Notes under the pieces: model-generated
What the model saw: the letters and a program-made list of their open reading frames with translations, nothing else
What the model was told of the DNA's origin: nothing
The model's database searches: none
From: Synechococcus sp.
GTDB taxonomy: Bacteria; Cyanobacteriota; Cyanobacteriia; PCC-6307; Cyanobiaceae
Length of the DNA: 64,000 nt
Direction: 5' to 3'
NCBI GenBank assembly: GCA_047285305.1
Contig: JBJBDL010000003.1
Location: forward strand, 1,920,001-1,984,000
Translations under genes and position numbers: made by a program
Part shown: piece after piece, positions 50,918-63,113 of the stretch
Numbering within the stretch: the stretch's first letter is position 1
Layout: each line of letters opens with the position of its first letter

Positions 50918-51991
50918 TTAAAAGGGTGGGTCTGGTAGGTAAAGCGCATTGGCCTGATCCAAGGGCCAGCGGGCGGCAATGCCTGATTCAAGAGAGGTGC
51001 AAGCCGTGTTCTGGCCCAGACGCAGCAAGGCCGCAGCTCCGATCATGGCGGCGTTGTCGGTGCAGAAGGCCAGGGGAGCGATGGAGACCGCTATGCCGCG
51101 CTGCTTCCCCTGTTCGAGCATGCTTTGGCGCAAACGACGGTTTGCTGCGACGCCGCCGACCATCACCAGTTGCTGAACATCATGGTCTTCAGCACAGCGA
51201 AGGCTGCGCTGCACCAGAACATCAGCCACCACCTGCTCGAAACTAGCGGCCAGATCGGAAAGAGGCAGCGGATCGGATTTTTGCCGCAGGGTTTCCACGG
51301 TTCTCAGCATGGCGGTCTTGAGACCACTGAAGGAGAAGTCGTAGGGGTGAAACCCACCGCCCGGCAACGAAATCCGCCCCTTGGGCAGGCGGAAGCGCGT
51401 TGCATCACCCGTTTCGGCAACAGCCTGGATGGCAGGACCTCCGGGGTATCCCAGACCAAGCAGACGCGCCACCTTGTCAAAAGCTTCTCCAGCGGCATCG
51501 TCATGGCTTCGGCCAAGGCGCGTCATCCCGCCGTCGTCAGCCACCAGGATCAGCTCCGTGTGCCCCCCGCTCACCAGCAACACCAGATACGGAACCTGCG
51601 GCGGAGCATCTCCAAGCATCACCGAGGCCAAATGGCCCTCCAGATGATGAACCCCGAGAAAGGGGCGCTCATGCAGCGCGGCAAGGGTGCGGCCAGTCAC
51701 CGAGGCCACCATCAGAGCCCCGGCCAGACCTGGAGTGATCGTGGCCGCGATGGCATCCATTTGCTCCAGAGCGACACCTGCCTCGTGAACAACGACATCC
51801 ACCAGCCCAGGCAGGGCCTCGACATGGCGGCGCGAAGCGATTTCGGGCACCACACCACCCCAGCGGGCATGCTCCTCCACCTGAGATGCAATTCGCGACG
51901 CCAGAACCTCGATTCGACCATCCGCGTGACGGCGCAGGACCGCTGCAGCGGACTCGTCACAACTTGTTTCGAGGGCAAGCACTGCATGCAT
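50918..51991 (-). CDS. tsaD: tRNA N6-threonylcarbamoyltransferase
   Basis: [48 protein letters not shown]. Confidence 0.97.
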   Translation of the reverse strand: MHAVLALETSCDESAAAVLRRHADGRIEVLASRIASQVEEHARWGGVVPEIASRRHVEALPGLVDVVVHEAGVALEQMDAIAATITPGLAGALMVASVTGRTLAALHERPFLGVHHLEGHLASVMLGDAPPQVPYLVLLVSGGHTELILVADDGGMTRLGRSHDDAAGEAFDKVARLLGLGYPGGPAIQAVAETGDATRFRLPKGRISLPGGGFHPYDFSFSGLKTAMLRTVETLRQKSDPLPLSDLAASFEQVVADVLVQRSLRCAEDHDVQQLVMVGGVAANRRLRQSMLEQGKQRGIAVSIAPLAFCTDNAAMIGAAALLRLGQNTACTSLESGIAARWPLDQANALYLPDPPF

Positions 51992-52068
51992 CGAAACGAT
52001 GCACCTCCCCTACTGTCCGACTTGTGACATCTTGCCCTTTCGGGGCACCGTTCAGAGGAATTGTTCCG

Positions 52069-52545
52069 ATGCGTCGTCTATTCGCCGTCGTGCTTTCAGC
52101 ACTCCTGGTGTTCGGCTTCGCCCCCGTCGCCAAGGCGGATGTGGCTGGCCTCACACCCTGCTCAGAAAGCGCCCGCTTCCAGCAGCGTGCTGCCGCTGCC
52201 ACCACGCCTCAGGCCAAAGCCCGCTTCGAGATGTACAGCCAGGCCTCCTGTGGTGAGGATGGCCTTCCCCACTTGATCGTCGATGGCCGCTGGAGCCACG
52301 CCGGTGATTTTGTTTATCCCGGGATCATGTTTCTGTACGTCGCGGGCTGCATCGGCTGGGCCGGTCGTGAGTACCTGAAAGCAACTCGCGGCAAGAATGC
52401 TGCCCAGTACGAAATCTTTATCGATCGCAGCATCGCCATCAAGAGCCTTCTGGCTGCTGCCACCTGGCCTCTGGCTGCTTTCGGTGAATTCACCAGCGGC
52501 AAGCTGCTCGAAGACGACAGCAAGGTGACCGTTTCACCACGCTGA
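52069..52545 (+). CDS. psaF: Photosystem I subunit III
   Basis: [37 protein letters not shown]. Confidence 0.97.
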   Translation: MRRLFAVVLSALLVFGFAPVAKADVAGLTPCSESARFQQRAAAATTPQAKARFEMYSQASCGEDGLPHLIVDGRWSHAGDFVYPGIMFLYVAGCIGWAGREYLKATRGKNAAQYEIFIDRSIAIKSLLAAATWPLAAFGEFTSGKLLEDDSKVTVSPR

Positions 52546-52577
52546 TTCAATCGACTTCAACCATTGCTCCCTCAACA

Positions 52578-52694
52578 ATGAACAAGTTTCTGACCGCAGC
52601 CCCAGTGGTTGCAGCCATCTGGTTCACCGCCACCGCAGGAATCCTGATCGAATGGAACCGCTTCTTCCCCGATCTTCTCTTCCATCCGATGTGA
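52578..52694 (+). CDS. psaJ: Photosystem I subunit IX
   Basis: [38 protein letters not shown]; below the ORF-track cutoff. Confidence 0.95.
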   Translation: MNKFLTAAPVVAAIWFTATAGILIEWNRFFPDLLFHPM

Positions 52695-52712
52695 ATCTGG
52701 GTTGATCTTCTA

Positions 52713-52759
52713 CAGGCACAAAAAAAGGGAACCCTTGGGATCCCTTTTTTTTGTGCCTG
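52713..52759. terminator. Bidirectional terminator between psaJ and gmk
   Basis: Long inverted repeat CAGGCAC-A7-GGGA...TCCC-T8-GTGCCTG. Confidence 0.9.
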
Positions 52760-52786
52760 CCCCCCGTTGCGAAAATCAGCTCTGCG

Positions 52787-53344
52787 TCATCCCAGCCCCA
52801 TCAGCGTCTCCACCTGGTTCAACGCTGCTTCGAGATCGTCATTGATCACGACAGCGTCGAATTCCTGTTGGGCCTCGAGCTCCTCGCGAGCGCGAGTCAA
52901 GCGGCGCTGAATGGCGTCCTCCGCATCGGTTCCGCGCCCACGGATCCTGCGCTCCAATTCTTCAAAGCTGGGGGGAGCCAGAAAAATCTGAAAGCCGTCC
53001 GGAAAACTGCGACGTACCTGTCGGGCACCTTCCAACTCAATCTCCAGAAGCACAGGGCGCCCCGCCGCCATCTGTTCTTCAACAGGAGCTCGGGGGGTGC
53101 CGTAGCAATTCCCCGCGAATTCCGCCCACTCGAGAAAACCTCCCTGCTCCACCAAGGCCTCAAACCCCGCACGGCTGTGGAAGAAGTAGTTGATGCCGTC
53201 CTGCTCCCCCTGGCGCGGAGAACGGGTGGTGGCCGACACTGACAGCCAAATCTGGGGATGCCGTTCCAGCAGCTGGTTCACCAGCGTTCCCTTGCCGACT
53301 CCACTTGGGCCGGTAATCAAGGTGAGCCTTCCACTGGTGGACAT
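52787..53344 (-). CDS. gmk: Guanylate kinase
   Basis: [26 protein letters not shown]. Confidence 0.97.
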   Translation of the reverse strand: MSTSGRLTLITGPSGVGKGTLVNQLLERHPQIWLSVSATTRSPRQGEQDGINYFFHSRAGFEALVEQGGFLEWAEFAGNCYGTPRAPVEEQMAAGRPVLLEIELEGARQVRRSFPDGFQIFLAPPSFEELERRIRGRGTDAEDAIQRRLTRAREELEAQQEFDAVVINDDLEAALNQVETLMGLG

Positions 53345-53430
53345 CGCGGCGTCTGCGTGGGTCAGCAGAGTAGGAAGCCCCAATGCCCCGCCCGGTGCTC
53401 CAGGTGATCGCCTCCACCAACCTGCAGCCA

Positions 53431-55110
53431 ATGGATCTCACCACGCTGCGCGCGGTGCTCTGGGATCTGCGCCCAAAGCTGGTGCCCAGCCGCTTCGAGA
53501 AGGCCCAACAACCGGACCCGTCAACGATTCAACTGGGATGCCGCAGCCTCGAGGGGATGGTGTGGCTGGAACTGAGCTGGCAAGCCGAAGCACCTCGGCT
53601 GGTGGAGGTCAACCCTCCCCCGCGCAGCGGCAGCGGCAGCACCTTCGCCCAGCAGTTGCAACACAGCCTCCGCCAGCTGGCTCTGGTGGAGCTCCACCAG
53701 AGCGGTTTTGAACGGGTGGTGGAATTCCGGTTTGCCCAACGCCCTGGGGAACCGATCCAGCGGGTGCTCGTGCTGGAGCTGATGGGACGGCACAGCAACC
53801 TGCTGCTATTGGATGAGCAGCGCCGGATCATTGCCCTGGGGCGACAGGTCCGGAACCATCAGTCCCGCGTGCGCCCTCTCTCCACCGGTGATTCCTACAG
53901 CCCACCTCCGATGCTGCAGGGGTTGGCACCGGATCCAACGGAGGACTTTGAACGCTGGAAGGAGCGGCTCTCTCTTGTCCCGATCCCCCTGCGCAAGGCC
54001 CTGCAGCAGACCTATCAGGGGATCAGCCCAGCCCTTGCTCTACAGCTCGCCGGCAACCATCTGAACACCCCGGTGGACAGCCTGGATGCACGCCACTGGT
54101 GCCAACTCTTTGAGCGCTGGTCGCTCTGGTTGGACCAGCTGGAGCGTGAGCAGTTTGCCCTGGTGGTGGAGAACGACGGTCGATACCGGGTCTGGGGGTC
54201 TCCCCGGGGTGAAGTGCATCCACAGCCCGCTCTGGCGCTCACGCTTGGATCCCTGAACCAGCAATGCCAAGAGCAACGGGCCCTGGCACGGGTCAGCCAA
54301 GACCTGCGGCAACGCCTGGAGCGTTGGCGCAGCAAAGAACATGCAGCCCAACAGGACCAAAACCAGCGCCTGAAGGCCACAGACGGGCATGGGGCGCTTC
54401 AACGCCAAGCGGACGCTCTCCTCTGCCTTGGCGACCCAAGCCGCGACCAGGTCGATGAAGCCCAGTCGCTCTATCGCAGGGCCAAAAAACTGCGGAGATC
54501 GCGCCCGATCCTTGAGCAGCGGCTGGAGCACCATCAGCAACGTCTTGAGCTGATCAGCGCGAGCGAAACCTTCATCGAGGATCAACTGAGCGCAACCTGG
54601 CAGGACGGACCGGCGCGCCTAGCCGCCCTGAATGATCTGCGGGAGGAACTCGATGAGCTGTTACAGCCCAAGGAACGCCGTCGCAGCACGCGACAGCAGC
54701 GACAACGGGACCAGCCCAAGCCGCTGGAACTGAACAGTCCCGGAGGTCTGAAGGTGCAGGTGGGGCGGAATCACCGCCAGAACGACTGGATCTCGCTGCG
54801 CCAAGCCCGCAGTGGTGACCTCTGGTTTCACGCCCAGGAATGCCCGGGAAGTCATGTGGTGTTGAAGAGCTCCAACGGGCTGGCCGATGAATCCGACCTG
54901 GCGATGGCAACGGATCTGGCGGCCTATTTCAGCCGCGCTCGGGGCAACACGCGGGTGGCGGTGGTGATGGTGCCCACCGATCAGCTGCAGCGCATTCCCG
55001 GTGCCGCCCCGGGCACCGTGCGCCATGGACAAGCTGAAATCCGCTGGGGGGATCCCCAGGGCGCGGAAGAGCGGCTGCTTGCCCCTAGCCTGAGCCCACA
55101 CTCGGGCTGA
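53431..55110 (+). CDS. rqcH: Rqc2/RqcH (NFACT, fibronectin-binding A) protein
   Basis: [35 protein letters not shown]; start uncertain. Confidence 0.88.
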   Translation: MDLTTLRAVLWDLRPKLVPSRFEKAQQPDPSTIQLGCRSLEGMVWLELSWQAEAPRLVEVNPPPRSGSGSTFAQQLQHSLRQLALVELHQSGFERVVEFRFAQRPGEPIQRVLVLELMGRHSNLLLLDEQRRIIALGRQVRNHQSRVRPLSTGDSYSPPPMLQGLAPDPTEDFERWKERLSLVPIPLRKALQQTYQGISPALALQLAGNHLNTPVDSLDARHWCQLFERWSLWLDQLEREQFALVVENDGRYRVWGSPRGEVHPQPALALTLGSLNQQCQEQRALARVSQDLRQRLERWRSKEHAAQQDQNQRLKATDGHGALQRQADALLCLGDPSRDQVDEAQSLYRRAKKLRRSRPILEQRLEHHQQRLELISASETFIEDQLSATWQDGPARLAALNDLREELDELLQPKERRRSTRQQRQRDQPKPLELNSPGGLKVQVGRNHRQNDWISLRQARSGDLWFHAQECPGSHVVLKSSNGLADESDLAMATDLAAYFSRARGNTRVAVVMVPTDQLQRIPGAAPGTVRHGQAEIRWGDPQGAEERLLAPSLSPHSG

Positions 55111-55136
55111 CCTGTTGCGCCGCCCGCCCCGCGTCC

Positions 55137-55940
55137 GTGTCTGAGCGCCCTGAAGGTCCCCCAGCTCTGCAACCACCACCACCCATTCGCATTGGGAGGG
55201 CACCTGGTGATGCCGATCTGCCCCATGAGGTGGAGATGCCTCTGGTGGATCACCTGGAGGAACTGCGTCAACGGGTTCTGCGCAGCTTGCTGGCCATTGT
55301 TGTTGCAGCGCTGACCTGCCTGCTGGGGGTCAAGCCGCTGGTGCGTCTGCTGGAAGCGCCAGCCAGCGGAATTCATTTTCTTCAACTGGCACCGGGCGAG
55401 TTTTTATTCGTCTCGCTGAAGGTGGCCGGCTACGCCGGCCTCACCCTGGCCCTGCCCTATGTGCTGTTTCAGATCCTGGCCTTCGTGCTGCCGGGCCTGA
55501 CGATCCGCGAACGACGCCTGATTGCCCCTGCTGTCGCCGGCTCCGCGGTTCTTTTCATGGCGGGCCTGGCCTTTGCCTGGTGGGCCCTGGTGCCAGCCGC
55601 CCTTCATTTTTTGGTGAGCTACGGCGCCGATGTGGTGGAGCCGCTCTGGTCGATCGAGCGCTACCTGGATTTTGTTCTGCTGCTGATGCTGGCCACCGGG
55701 CTGGCGTTTCAGCTCCCCGTTCTGCAACTGCTACTCGGGGCCCTGGGGCTAGTGCGCTGGAGGCCGATGCTTGGGGCCTGGCGCTGGGTTGTACTGGGTT
55801 CAGCCCTTGCTGGAGCTGTGCTGACGCCATCCACCGATCCGATCACGATGCTGCTGCTGGCTGGAGCGATCACGGCACTGTTCCTGATCGGCGTCGGCCT
55901 GGTGGCCCTGACCGAATCCTTCAGACAAGAAACTCCTTGA
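55137..55940 (+). CDS. tatC: Twin-arginine translocase subunit TatC
   Basis: MPLVDHLEELRQR, FVLPGL, FQLPV, TPSTDP. Confidence 0.96.
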   Translation: MSERPEGPPALQPPPPIRIGRAPGDADLPHEVEMPLVDHLEELRQRVLRSLLAIVVAALTCLLGVKPLVRLLEAPASGIHFLQLAPGEFLFVSLKVAGYAGLTLALPYVLFQILAFVLPGLTIRERRLIAPAVAGSAVLFMAGLAFAWWALVPAALHFLVSYGADVVEPLWSIERYLDFVLLLMLATGLAFQLPVLQLLLGALGLVRWRPMLGAWRWVVLGSALAGAVLTPSTDPITMLLLAGAITALFLIGVGLVALTESFRQETP

Positions 55941-56337
55941 TCAGCGTTTCTGCCTCCGGCCCTGTCGCCTCCAGCGGAAGACTCAACGCCTTGCCAAGAC
56001 GGGGTTTATCACGGGTGGAACCAAGCCATTGGCGCACCTCACCAGCCAAACCAAGACGATTCACAACATCCAGCACCTCACCGAGATGCTGCCGATAGGC
56101 CTCAAGGTCCATCGGAAACGACTGTTGCTCGAGATAGGCCCACATCACCTGGAGGTACAAACGACGGCGTCGAACCACCAGCTGAAGGTCGTAAGTCGCC
56201 CTCCAGCGCTGGCGTAGACAGGCCATAACCTCGTCGACACTGAGCGGCGGCTCGGGCACGGCGCTGGCGATTTCAAGCACAGAAGCAGGAGCAGCAGGGG
56301 CAGGAAGACGCCTGTCGTTGCAAAGTTTGACAGGCAC
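55921..56337 (-). CDS. DUF3067 family protein
   Basis: RWRATYDLQL, LQVMWAYLEQQSFP, PRLGKALS. Confidence 0.85.
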   Translation of the reverse strand: MPVKLCNDRRLPAPAAPASVLEIASAVPEPPLSVDEVMACLRQRWRATYDLQLVVRRRRLYLQVMWAYLEQQSFPMDLEAYRQHLGEVLDVVNRLGLAGEVRQWLGSTRDKPRLGKALSLPLEATGPEAETLIKEFLV

Positions 56338-56384
56338 TTAAGCATCCATAATGGTCGGCAATCCGAGCTGGATGAACGTCCGCC

Positions 56385-56921
56385 ATGACCCAACTCTCCT
56401 CGAGCGATGTGCCCGGAATGGGTCGTCGGCAGTTCATGAATCTGCTGACGTTTGGCTCCGTCACCGGTGTGGCCCTGGGGGCCCTCTACCCGGTAGCGAA
56501 TTACTTCATCCCCCCAAAGGCCGCAGGCAGTGGCGGTGGCACCAGTGCCAAGGATGAGCTGGGCAACCCAATTACAGCCAGCGGCTGGCTCTCCAGCCAC
56601 CCCGAGGGCGATCGCAGCCTGGTTCAGGGCCTTAAGGGTGATCCCACCTATTTAATCGTTGAAGGTGAAGACGCCATCGGCAGCTATGGCATCAACGCCA
56701 TCTGCACCCACCTCGGTTGCGTTGTTCCCTGGAACAGCGGCGCCAACAAGTTCATGTGCCCTTGCCATGGCAGTCAGTACGACGCCACCGGCAAAGTGGT
56801 CCGTGGCCCTGCCCCTCTTTCCCTGGCCCTGGCGAACGTCAGCGTGGAGAACGACAACGTGTTCGTGAGCCAGTGGACGGAAACCGACTTCCGAACTGGT
56901 GATAAGCCCTGGTGGGCCTGA
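56385..56921 (+). CDS. petC: Cytochrome b6f Rieske iron-sulfur subunit
   Basis: RRQFMN Tat motif, CTHLGC, CPCHGS. Confidence 0.98.
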   Translation: MTQLSSSDVPGMGRRQFMNLLTFGSVTGVALGALYPVANYFIPPKAAGSGGGTSAKDELGNPITASGWLSSHPEGDRSLVQGLKGDPTYLIVEGEDAIGSYGINAICTHLGCVVPWNSGANKFMCPCHGSQYDATGKVVRGPAPLSLALANVSVENDNVFVSQWTETDFRTGDKPWWA

Positions 56922-56959
56922 TCTTTCCCTTCCCTACGCCTGCATCTCCTCACCGTCCC

Positions 56960-57895
56960 ATGCGTCGTCACCTCTCCCTCTTCCTTGGATCTCTGGTCAT
57001 CGGACTGGCTCTGCTGATCGCTCCGGCTGCCAGCTGGGCGTATCCCTTCTGGGCTCAACAGAACTACGACAGCCCCAGGGAAGCCACCGGCAAGATTGTT
57101 TGCGCCAACTGCCACCTGGCCAAAAAGCTGACCCAGGCTGAAGTTCCCCAGTCGGTACTCCCCGACAGCGTCTTCACCGCCAGCGTCAAGGTTCCCTACG
57201 AAAAGGGCCTGCAAGAGATCGGTGCGGACGGCAGCGATGTGGGCCTGCAGGTGGGCGCTGTTGTGATGCTTCCTGATGGCTTCACCCTGGCTCCTCAGGA
57301 CCGCTGGACCGATGAGATAAAGGAGGAAACTGAAGGCGTCTACTTCACCCAGTACAGCGACGAACAGCCCAACATCCTGCTGGTGGGACCGATTCCTGGT
57401 GATGAGCACCAAGAGATCGTCTTCCCTGTTCTGTCGCCTGATCCCGCCACCGACAGCAACATCCACTTCGGCAAATACCAGATCCACGTGGGTGGCAACC
57501 GCGGCCGTGGCCAGGTGTATCCCACCGGTGAGAAGAGCAACAACACCGTCTACACAGCTCCTGCCAGCGGCACCATTTCCTCCATCGAACCCGGCGACAA
57601 CGGCGCCAGCCTGGTCAGCATCAAGGCGGCTGACGGCAGCAGCGTGAGCGAGACCATTCCGGTTGGTCCTGAGGTTCTGGTCAATGTTGGCGACAGCATC
57701 GAAGCCGGTGCTGCCCTGACCAACGACCCAAACGTGGGCGGCTTCGGCCAGGTGGACGCAGAGATTGTTCTGCAGAACCCGGTTCGGATCTATGGACTGC
57801 TCGCCTTCTTCGCGGCTGTGGCTCTGGCTCAGATCATGCTGGTGCTGAAGAAAAAGCAGATCGAAAAGGTTCAGGCAGCTGAAGGCAACTTCTGA
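56960..57895 (+). CDS. petA: Apocytochrome f
   Basis: [30 protein letters not shown]. Confidence 0.98.
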   Translation: MRRHLSLFLGSLVIGLALLIAPAASWAYPFWAQQNYDSPREATGKIVCANCHLAKKLTQAEVPQSVLPDSVFTASVKVPYEKGLQEIGADGSDVGLQVGAVVMLPDGFTLAPQDRWTDEIKEETEGVYFTQYSDEQPNILLVGPIPGDEHQEIVFPVLSPDPATDSNIHFGKYQIHVGGNRGRGQVYPTGEKSNNTVYTAPASGTISSIEPGDNGASLVSIKAADGSSVSETIPVGPEVLVNVGDSIEAGAALTNDPNVGGFGQVDAEIVLQNPVRIYGLLAFFAAVALAQIMLVLKKKQIEKVQAAEGNF

Positions 57896-57900
57896 TCGCT

Positions 57901-58779
57901 ATGGCTGTTGAAGCCCTGTTTCCCCTGGCGGCCTTCCAGTCGCCAGGGGAATTTTTGCCTCACACCCAAAACTGGTTCCTTCCCCTGCGCTGGTACGGGC
58001 TGCTGATTGCAACAGCCGTCTTGATTGGACTGAACCTCTCCAGCCAACTAGCCAAGCTTCGACAGCTGGAGAACAGCCTGATCAGCGATCTCCTGCCCGT
58101 GCTCGTGCTGTTTGCCGTGATCGGAGCACGTATTTACTACGTGGCCTTCGAGTGGCACAACTACGCCTCCAACCCGCTAAGAGCCCTGGCCATCTGGGAG
58201 GGAGGGATTGCCATCCACGGTGCTTTGCTGGCAGGAACAATCACGCTGATCCTGTTTTGCCGCTGGCGCCGGCAAACTTTCTGGGATGTGCTGGACGTGT
58301 TGGTTCCCTCCGTGGCCTTGGGACAGGCCATCGGTCGCTGGGGGAATTTCTTCAATTCAGAGGCCTTCGGGGTTCCAACTGACCTGCCTTGGAAGCTGTT
58401 CATCCCGGCGCAGAGCCGCCCTGTGATGTACAGCACTTCGGAATTTTTCCACCCGACGTTCCTCTACGAATCGATCTGGAACCTGCTGCTCTTCGGACTG
58501 CTGATGCTGCTCTTTCGCCGCGGACTCCAAGCACCTGGGATGCTCCCATCGGGCGCCATGAGTTGTGTGTATTTGGTGGGATACAGCCTTGGCCGTGTCT
58601 GGATCGAAGGTCTGCGCATTGATCCTCTCTGCATCGGTTCGCTTCCACCGGCTTGCGACGGGGGGATCCGCATCGCCCAATTGATGAGTTGCACCCTGGT
58701 CGCGCTCGGCGTACTAGGGCTTTGGTGGCTATATCAACGGAAGCGACCCCTGCCTGATCCATCAGGCCAACGCAGTTGA
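57901..58779 (+). CDS. lgt: Prolipoprotein diacylglyceryl transferase
   Basis: [38 protein letters not shown]. Confidence 0.96.
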   Translation: MAVEALFPLAAFQSPGEFLPHTQNWFLPLRWYGLLIATAVLIGLNLSSQLAKLRQLENSLISDLLPVLVLFAVIGARIYYVAFEWHNYASNPLRALAIWEGGIAIHGALLAGTITLILFCRWRRQTFWDVLDVLVPSVALGQAIGRWGNFFNSEAFGVPTDLPWKLFIPAQSRPVMYSTSEFFHPTFLYESIWNLLLFGLLMLLFRRGLQAPGMLPSGAMSCVYLVGYSLGRVWIEGLRIDPLCIGSLPPACDGGIRIAQLMSCTLVALGVLGLWWLYQRKRPLPDPSGQRS

Positions 58780-59537
58780 GTCACGTTGTCAGTTTCGTCG
58801 GCGCAGGCCCCGGTGCTCCAGACCTGCTCACCCTTCGCGCAGCTGAACGTCTGAAAATGGCCGACGTGCTGATCTGGACTGATTCACTGGTCTGTCCAGC
58901 CATCGCCGATTTGGCGCCGGCGGATTGCGAACGCATCCGCACCAGCACTACCACGCTCGAAGAGCTGATCCCGCTTGTAATCGATCGGCAGCGCCAGGGC
59001 AAACGGGTGGTGCGGCTCCACGATGGAGACACCGCCCTCTACAGCGCCATCAATGAACAGATCTGCGCCCTAAGTGACGCCGAAATCCCTGTGGAAGTGA
59101 TACCCGGAATTAGCGCTTACCAAGCGGCAGCCGCCGGACTCGCCAGCGAACTCACCCTTCCAGGCGTGGTGCAAACCATTGTTCTCAGTCGCGCTGGAGG
59201 TCGCACCGGCGTGCCGAAACGGGAACAGCTGGATCGGCTGGCCGCCCTACGCGCCAGCCTCTGCATCTATCTGAGTGCACGACACGTTGAAGAGGTGCAA
59301 ACCACCCTTCTGGAGCACTACCCCGCCGAAACGCCAGTAGCCATAGGACATCGGGTGAGCTGGCCTGATCAGATGCTCACCGTGGTCCCTCTCAGGGAGA
59401 TGGCTGCGGTTAGTCGGGATCGCAATCTGATTCGCACAACGCTTTATGTGGTGAGTCCGGCCCTCGCCGGTGGTCCTCAGCGCTCACGGCTTTACTCGCC
59501 TGACCACGACCACCTGTTCCGTCCGAAACCCCAATAG
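58776..59537 (+). CDS. cobM: Precorrin-4 C11-methyltransferase
   Basis: [31 protein letters not shown]. Confidence 0.93.
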   Translation: MSHVVSFVGAGPGAPDLLTLRAAERLKMADVLIWTDSLVCPAIADLAPADCERIRTSTTTLEELIPLVIDRQRQGKRVVRLHDGDTALYSAINEQICALSDAEIPVEVIPGISAYQAAAAGLASELTLPGVVQTIVLSRAGGRTGVPKREQLDRLAALRASLCIYLSARHVEEVQTTLLEHYPAETPVAIGHRVSWPDQMLTVVPLREMAAVSRDRNLIRTTLYVVSPALAGGPQRSRLYSPDHDHLFRPKPQ

Positions 59538-59562
59538 GCGGTGGTTTAAGATCGATTTGTGC

Positions 59563-59634
<72 letters not shown>

Positions 59635-59734
59635 TATTTTTTGGTGGGATTTAATCCTTTGGTATTCATTAGGTGCTGACTGCACTGTGGAATGGGCCTA
59701 AGTTCTGTTTTTAACTAGGTCGATTGACCCATTG

Positions 59735-60511
59735 ATGAACAAGCGGAGTCTTGCGGACGACCAAGGCAAAGCCACGGGCCTGGTTGACGCAGGGCGACAG
59801 TTGGCCGAGGCAAGGGCTGCTGCAGGTCTGACCCAGAACCAGCTCGCCAGCCAGCTGCACATGGGCGAGGAGCAACTGGCTGCACTGGAGCGAGGCGATC
59901 AAGCCGAACTGCCTGAACCCGTATTCATCAAGGCCATGGTGCGACGGATCAGTTCGCATCTGGGTTTGGATGCTGACACCATGGTTCAGACCCTCGGCCC
60001 CCTCACCACCAAGCCGCCCAAATGGGCGACTGCCGGGTCAACACCGCAGGGCATCACTCCTCAGAAACAGAGGAAATTCAATCCGCTTCCCCTCGTAACC
60101 CTCACCGGGCTTACTGGCCTTGGCATTGTTGTATGGAGCAACGCCTCCGAGTTGACGCGCTTCGCCCAGGGGTTGAAGCCTGCCAATCCAACCCTTGAGC
60201 CAAGCGAAACCGATCTGGAGGTGACAAAGGTTGCAGATGAGCGCGATGCCCTCATCGTTCCAGCGCAATCAACCGAAGACCTGGGCCTCACGATCAGCAG
60301 CAGTGAACCCAGCTGGATCGCCCTACGGCGTAAGGGAATTGTGGAATTCGAAGGGCTGTTGAACGGTGAGCGCAGGATTGACAATCCCGATCATGTGGAG
60401 ATCTACGCCGGTCGGCCTGATCTGGTCCAGCTGAGTTCTCCCGACGCCGAGACACGAACCCTTGGCGCGGTGGATGACATCCGCTGGATCCCTCTCAGCC
60501 CTGCACCCTGA
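59735..60511 (+). CDS. RodZ-like HTH membrane protein
   Basis: N-terminal HTH (LAALERG...LPEPVFIK), central TM, C-terminal SWI...FEG.L domain. Confidence 0.85.
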   Translation: MNKRSLADDQGKATGLVDAGRQLAEARAAAGLTQNQLASQLHMGEEQLAALERGDQAELPEPVFIKAMVRRISSHLGLDADTMVQTLGPLTTKPPKWATAGSTPQGITPQKQRKFNPLPLVTLTGLTGLGIVVWSNASELTRFAQGLKPANPTLEPSETDLEVTKVADERDALIVPAQSTEDLGLTISSSEPSWIALRRKGIVEFEGLLNGERRIDNPDHVEIYAGRPDLVQLSSPDAETRTLGAVDDIRWIPLSPAP

Positions 60512-62132
60512 CGCGCAGATTCACGCCAACCGCCTCCTTCACCACCTCAGCGCAGCTTTCCAAGCTCCACTGTTCAAGGCTGACGTTCTGGTTGACCCGC
60601 TCAGGGACGATCTCCAGATCCAAAGTACCCTTCACCGCATGAATGCGGAGTGCTGAGATCACCGGCTCAGGCCTGCGATCCAGAGCCGCGGCCAAGCGCA
60701 GCAGCAGGGCCATCTGATGAACACAACGACGGTTGTCTCGGGTGGCCACAAGCTGCCAGGACTCATGGCGTTTCTTCGGCAAGCTGCGGCGGTGATAGCG
60801 AGCAATGGCCGCCACCATCAGGTGCTCCGCCTCGGAATAGCCCAGCAGCTCACCATGACGAATCAAATACCAGGTGTGCTTGTGGTAAGCGCTGATGTTG
60901 ATGTGCTGTCCAGAGGTATGGAGCATGGCGGCAGCCCAAAGCAATTCGCGCCCTTCGCCCCTGTCGTCATGCATCACGCCTCGCGTGGCGTCGTAGAGGC
61001 TTAGGGCATGGCTGGCAACCCGTTCAGCCCTGCTCTGGTTCACCGCAAAACGCTGCAACTGATGAAGCACGGTGCGTTGCCTGATGCTGCTTTGGAAGCT
61101 GAAGCGGTCTTCCAAAAGACCCTGGCGAAGCATCCAATCAACAATCAAACCTTCCCTGAGCGCCCGCTCACTGAGCAGGAAGTCCTCCACACCCAGCATC
61201 TTCATGGTGGTTTGCAGAATCAGCGCACCGGGAACGATGATTTCAGCCCGACGATCATTGATGGGAGACAAACCCCGTCGCTGCGCAGGGGTCATCGTGA
61301 TCAGACGATTAACCACCTTGTTCAGGCTCTGCCGGGTGACGCGGTACCCATGCAATTTGGTGGGTGGGCGCTCCTCTTCACTCGCCGCAAGGGAGCCAAT
61401 CGCCATCGCCGTGCCGCTGGTGGCCACCAAAACAGGGATTTCTCCGGGTTTGATCCTGCGACGCACTTTGTCGACCGCAGGTTCAAGTGACCCCTGAATG
61501 AAGGCCTGCAGAAACGATCGACGTTGAGGGGGCATCGGATCTTCCCGAACAAAGTCCCGCTGGAGTCGCACAGCCCCCACACGGGTGCTGGTCAGGGCGC
61601 GGGCATCATGACCATCGGCAAGGATCAGTTCCGTGGAGCCACCGCCGATGTCGAGCAGAAGATGCGGACGATCTCCAAACGGCATTCCTGAGAGGACGCC
61701 CAGATAGATCAGCCGGGCCTCCTCAGGGCCGCTGACCAAATCCACCTCGATCCCCAGATCGTCGAGGATGGTCTGAAGGAAATCGCGACCATTGGGTGCT
61801 TCACGAACGGCACTCGTCGCCGCTGTGACGATCTGCTCAACCGAGTAACTGGCGGCGAGATCTTTGAACTGGCGAAGGGTTGCCAGCCCCAGTTGCATCG
61901 CCGCCTCGGTCAGCTCACCGGTCTCAGGATCACGCTCCCCCAGACGCGTGGTGACCTTTTCAGCCTGGATGATCTGAAATGTGCGCAGCTTCGAATCAAC
62001 GGCTGCCACCAGAAGATGAAAGGAATTGGTCCCGATATCGATGGCGGCGATCCGACGCAAATCAGCGTTCACTGCCTGAGACACGCCATTGTTCTGTTCC
62101 GTTGGCTGGGCTGGGGCCTTGGCATCCAGCAT
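60495..62132 (-). CDS. ppx: Exopolyphosphatase Ppx/GppA
   Basis: AAIDIGTNS, ATSAVREA, EEARLIY, DIGGGSTE, LREG; start estimated. Confidence 0.95.
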   Translation of the reverse strand: MLDAKAPAQPTEQNNGVSQAVNADLRRIAAIDIGTNSFHLLVAAVDSKLRTFQIIQAEKVTTRLGERDPETGELTEAAMQLGLATLRQFKDLAASYSVEQIVTAATSAVREAPNGRDFLQTILDDLGIEVDLVSGPEEARLIYLGVLSGMPFGDRPHLLLDIGGGSTELILADGHDARALTSTRVGAVRLQRDFVREDPMPPQRRSFLQAFIQGSLEPAVDKVRRRIKPGEIPVLVATSGTAMAIGSLAASEEERPPTKLHGYRVTRQSLNKVVNRLITMTPAQRRGLSPINDRRAEIIVPGALILQTTMKMLGVEDFLLSERALREGLIVDWMLRQGLLEDRFSFQSSIRQRTVLHQLQRFAVNQSRAERVASHALSLYDATRGVMHDDRGEGRELLWAAAMLHTSGQHINISAYHKHTWYLIRHGELLGYSEAEHLMVAAIARYHRRSLPKKRHESWQLVATRDNRRCVHQMALLLRLAAALDRRPEPVISALRIHAVKGTLDLEIVPERVNQNVSLEQWSLESCAEVVKEAVGVNLRVRVQG

Positions 62133-62189
62133 CAACGTCAGAGCGGCAATTAAATCCACTCTGCCACTGACGGCCGAGGCCATCAGGCC

Positions 62190-63113
62190 ATGACTAGGGT
62201 TCTTCAAATCCCGTTGATTGTGATCAGCAGCTCTGCCCGTCTTCAGCCCTGGATCGAACTGCTCCGCTGGAACAAACCCACCGGCCGGCTGATTCTGCTG
62301 ATCCCAGCAGGCTGGGCCCTCTGGCTGAATCCAAGCGCTCCCCCAAGCGTTTTGCTGATCCTGCAGATCCTGCTGGGGGGCCTGGCGGTGAGCGGTGCTG
62401 GCTGCATCGCCAATGACCTCTGGGACCAGCGCTTCGACGGCCAGGTGGAACGCACACAACATCGGCCTCTGGCCAGAGGTGCACTGCAGCGAGGGCCAGC
62501 CTTGGCTTTGCTGCTGATCTTGCTGGGCCTCAGCCTGGCTGTTGTGCTGAGTCTGCCGGCTGCCAGCCTCAGACTCTGTCTAGCATTGGCCTTCACGGCC
62601 GTACTGCCGATCCTCGGCTATCCATCGGCAAAGCGGTGGTTCGCCTTCCCCCAGGCGATCTTGGCGCTGTGCTGGGGCTTCGCGGTGCTGATCCCCTGGG
62701 CCGCAGGAACGGCCTCCTTGAACTGGAGTCCTGCCCTGGTGTGCAGTTGGCTGGCAACCGTGGTCTGGACTTTTGGCTTCGACACGGTCTATGCCATGGC
62801 CGACCGACGTGACGACGCCAGCCTCGGCCTGCGCAGCAGCGCCCTGAGCCTCGGATCCCGCGTGGTTCCTGTGGTGCGGGGCTGCTACCTCATGACAGCC
62901 ATAACCCTTGCCATGGCGGCCTGGTCGGCTCAGATCCCAGCACCGTTCTGGCCTCTCTGGTTGCTTTCCACTGTCTTCATGCAGCTGAGCTGCAACCCCT
63001 TGAACCAAAAGGATGCCTCCATGGGCACCTACGGGAAGCACTTTGCCCAGCAGGTGCAGGCAGGGACGCTGCTCTGGCTCGGCCTGGTTCTGGCCAGGGG
63101 ATGGGGAGCATGA
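62190..63113 (+). CDS. ubiA: 4-hydroxybenzoate polyprenyl(solanesyl)transferase
   Basis: RWNKP.G, NDLWD..FD..V.RT..RPL, YP..KR, FDTVYAMAD..DD. Confidence 0.93.
   Translation: MTRVLQIPLIVISSSARLQPWIELLRWNKPTGRLILLIPAGWALWLNPSAPPSVLLILQILLGGLAVSGAGCIANDLWDQRFDGQVERTQHRPLARGALQRGPALALLLILLGLSLAVVLSLPAASLRLCLALAFTAVLPILGYPSAKRWFAFPQAILALCWGFAVLIPWAAGTASLNWSPALVCSWLATVVWTFGFDTVYAMADRRDDASLGLRSSALSLGSRVVPVVRGCYLMTAITLAMAAWSAQIPAPFWPLWLLSTVFMQLSCNPLNQKDASMGTYGKHFAQQVQAGTLLWLGLVLARGWGA

Noticed and set aside
59635..59730. AT-rich stretch after tRNA-Val as an insertion scar
   Set aside because: No duplicated tRNA 3' end or mobile gene; consistent with an ordinary promoter region
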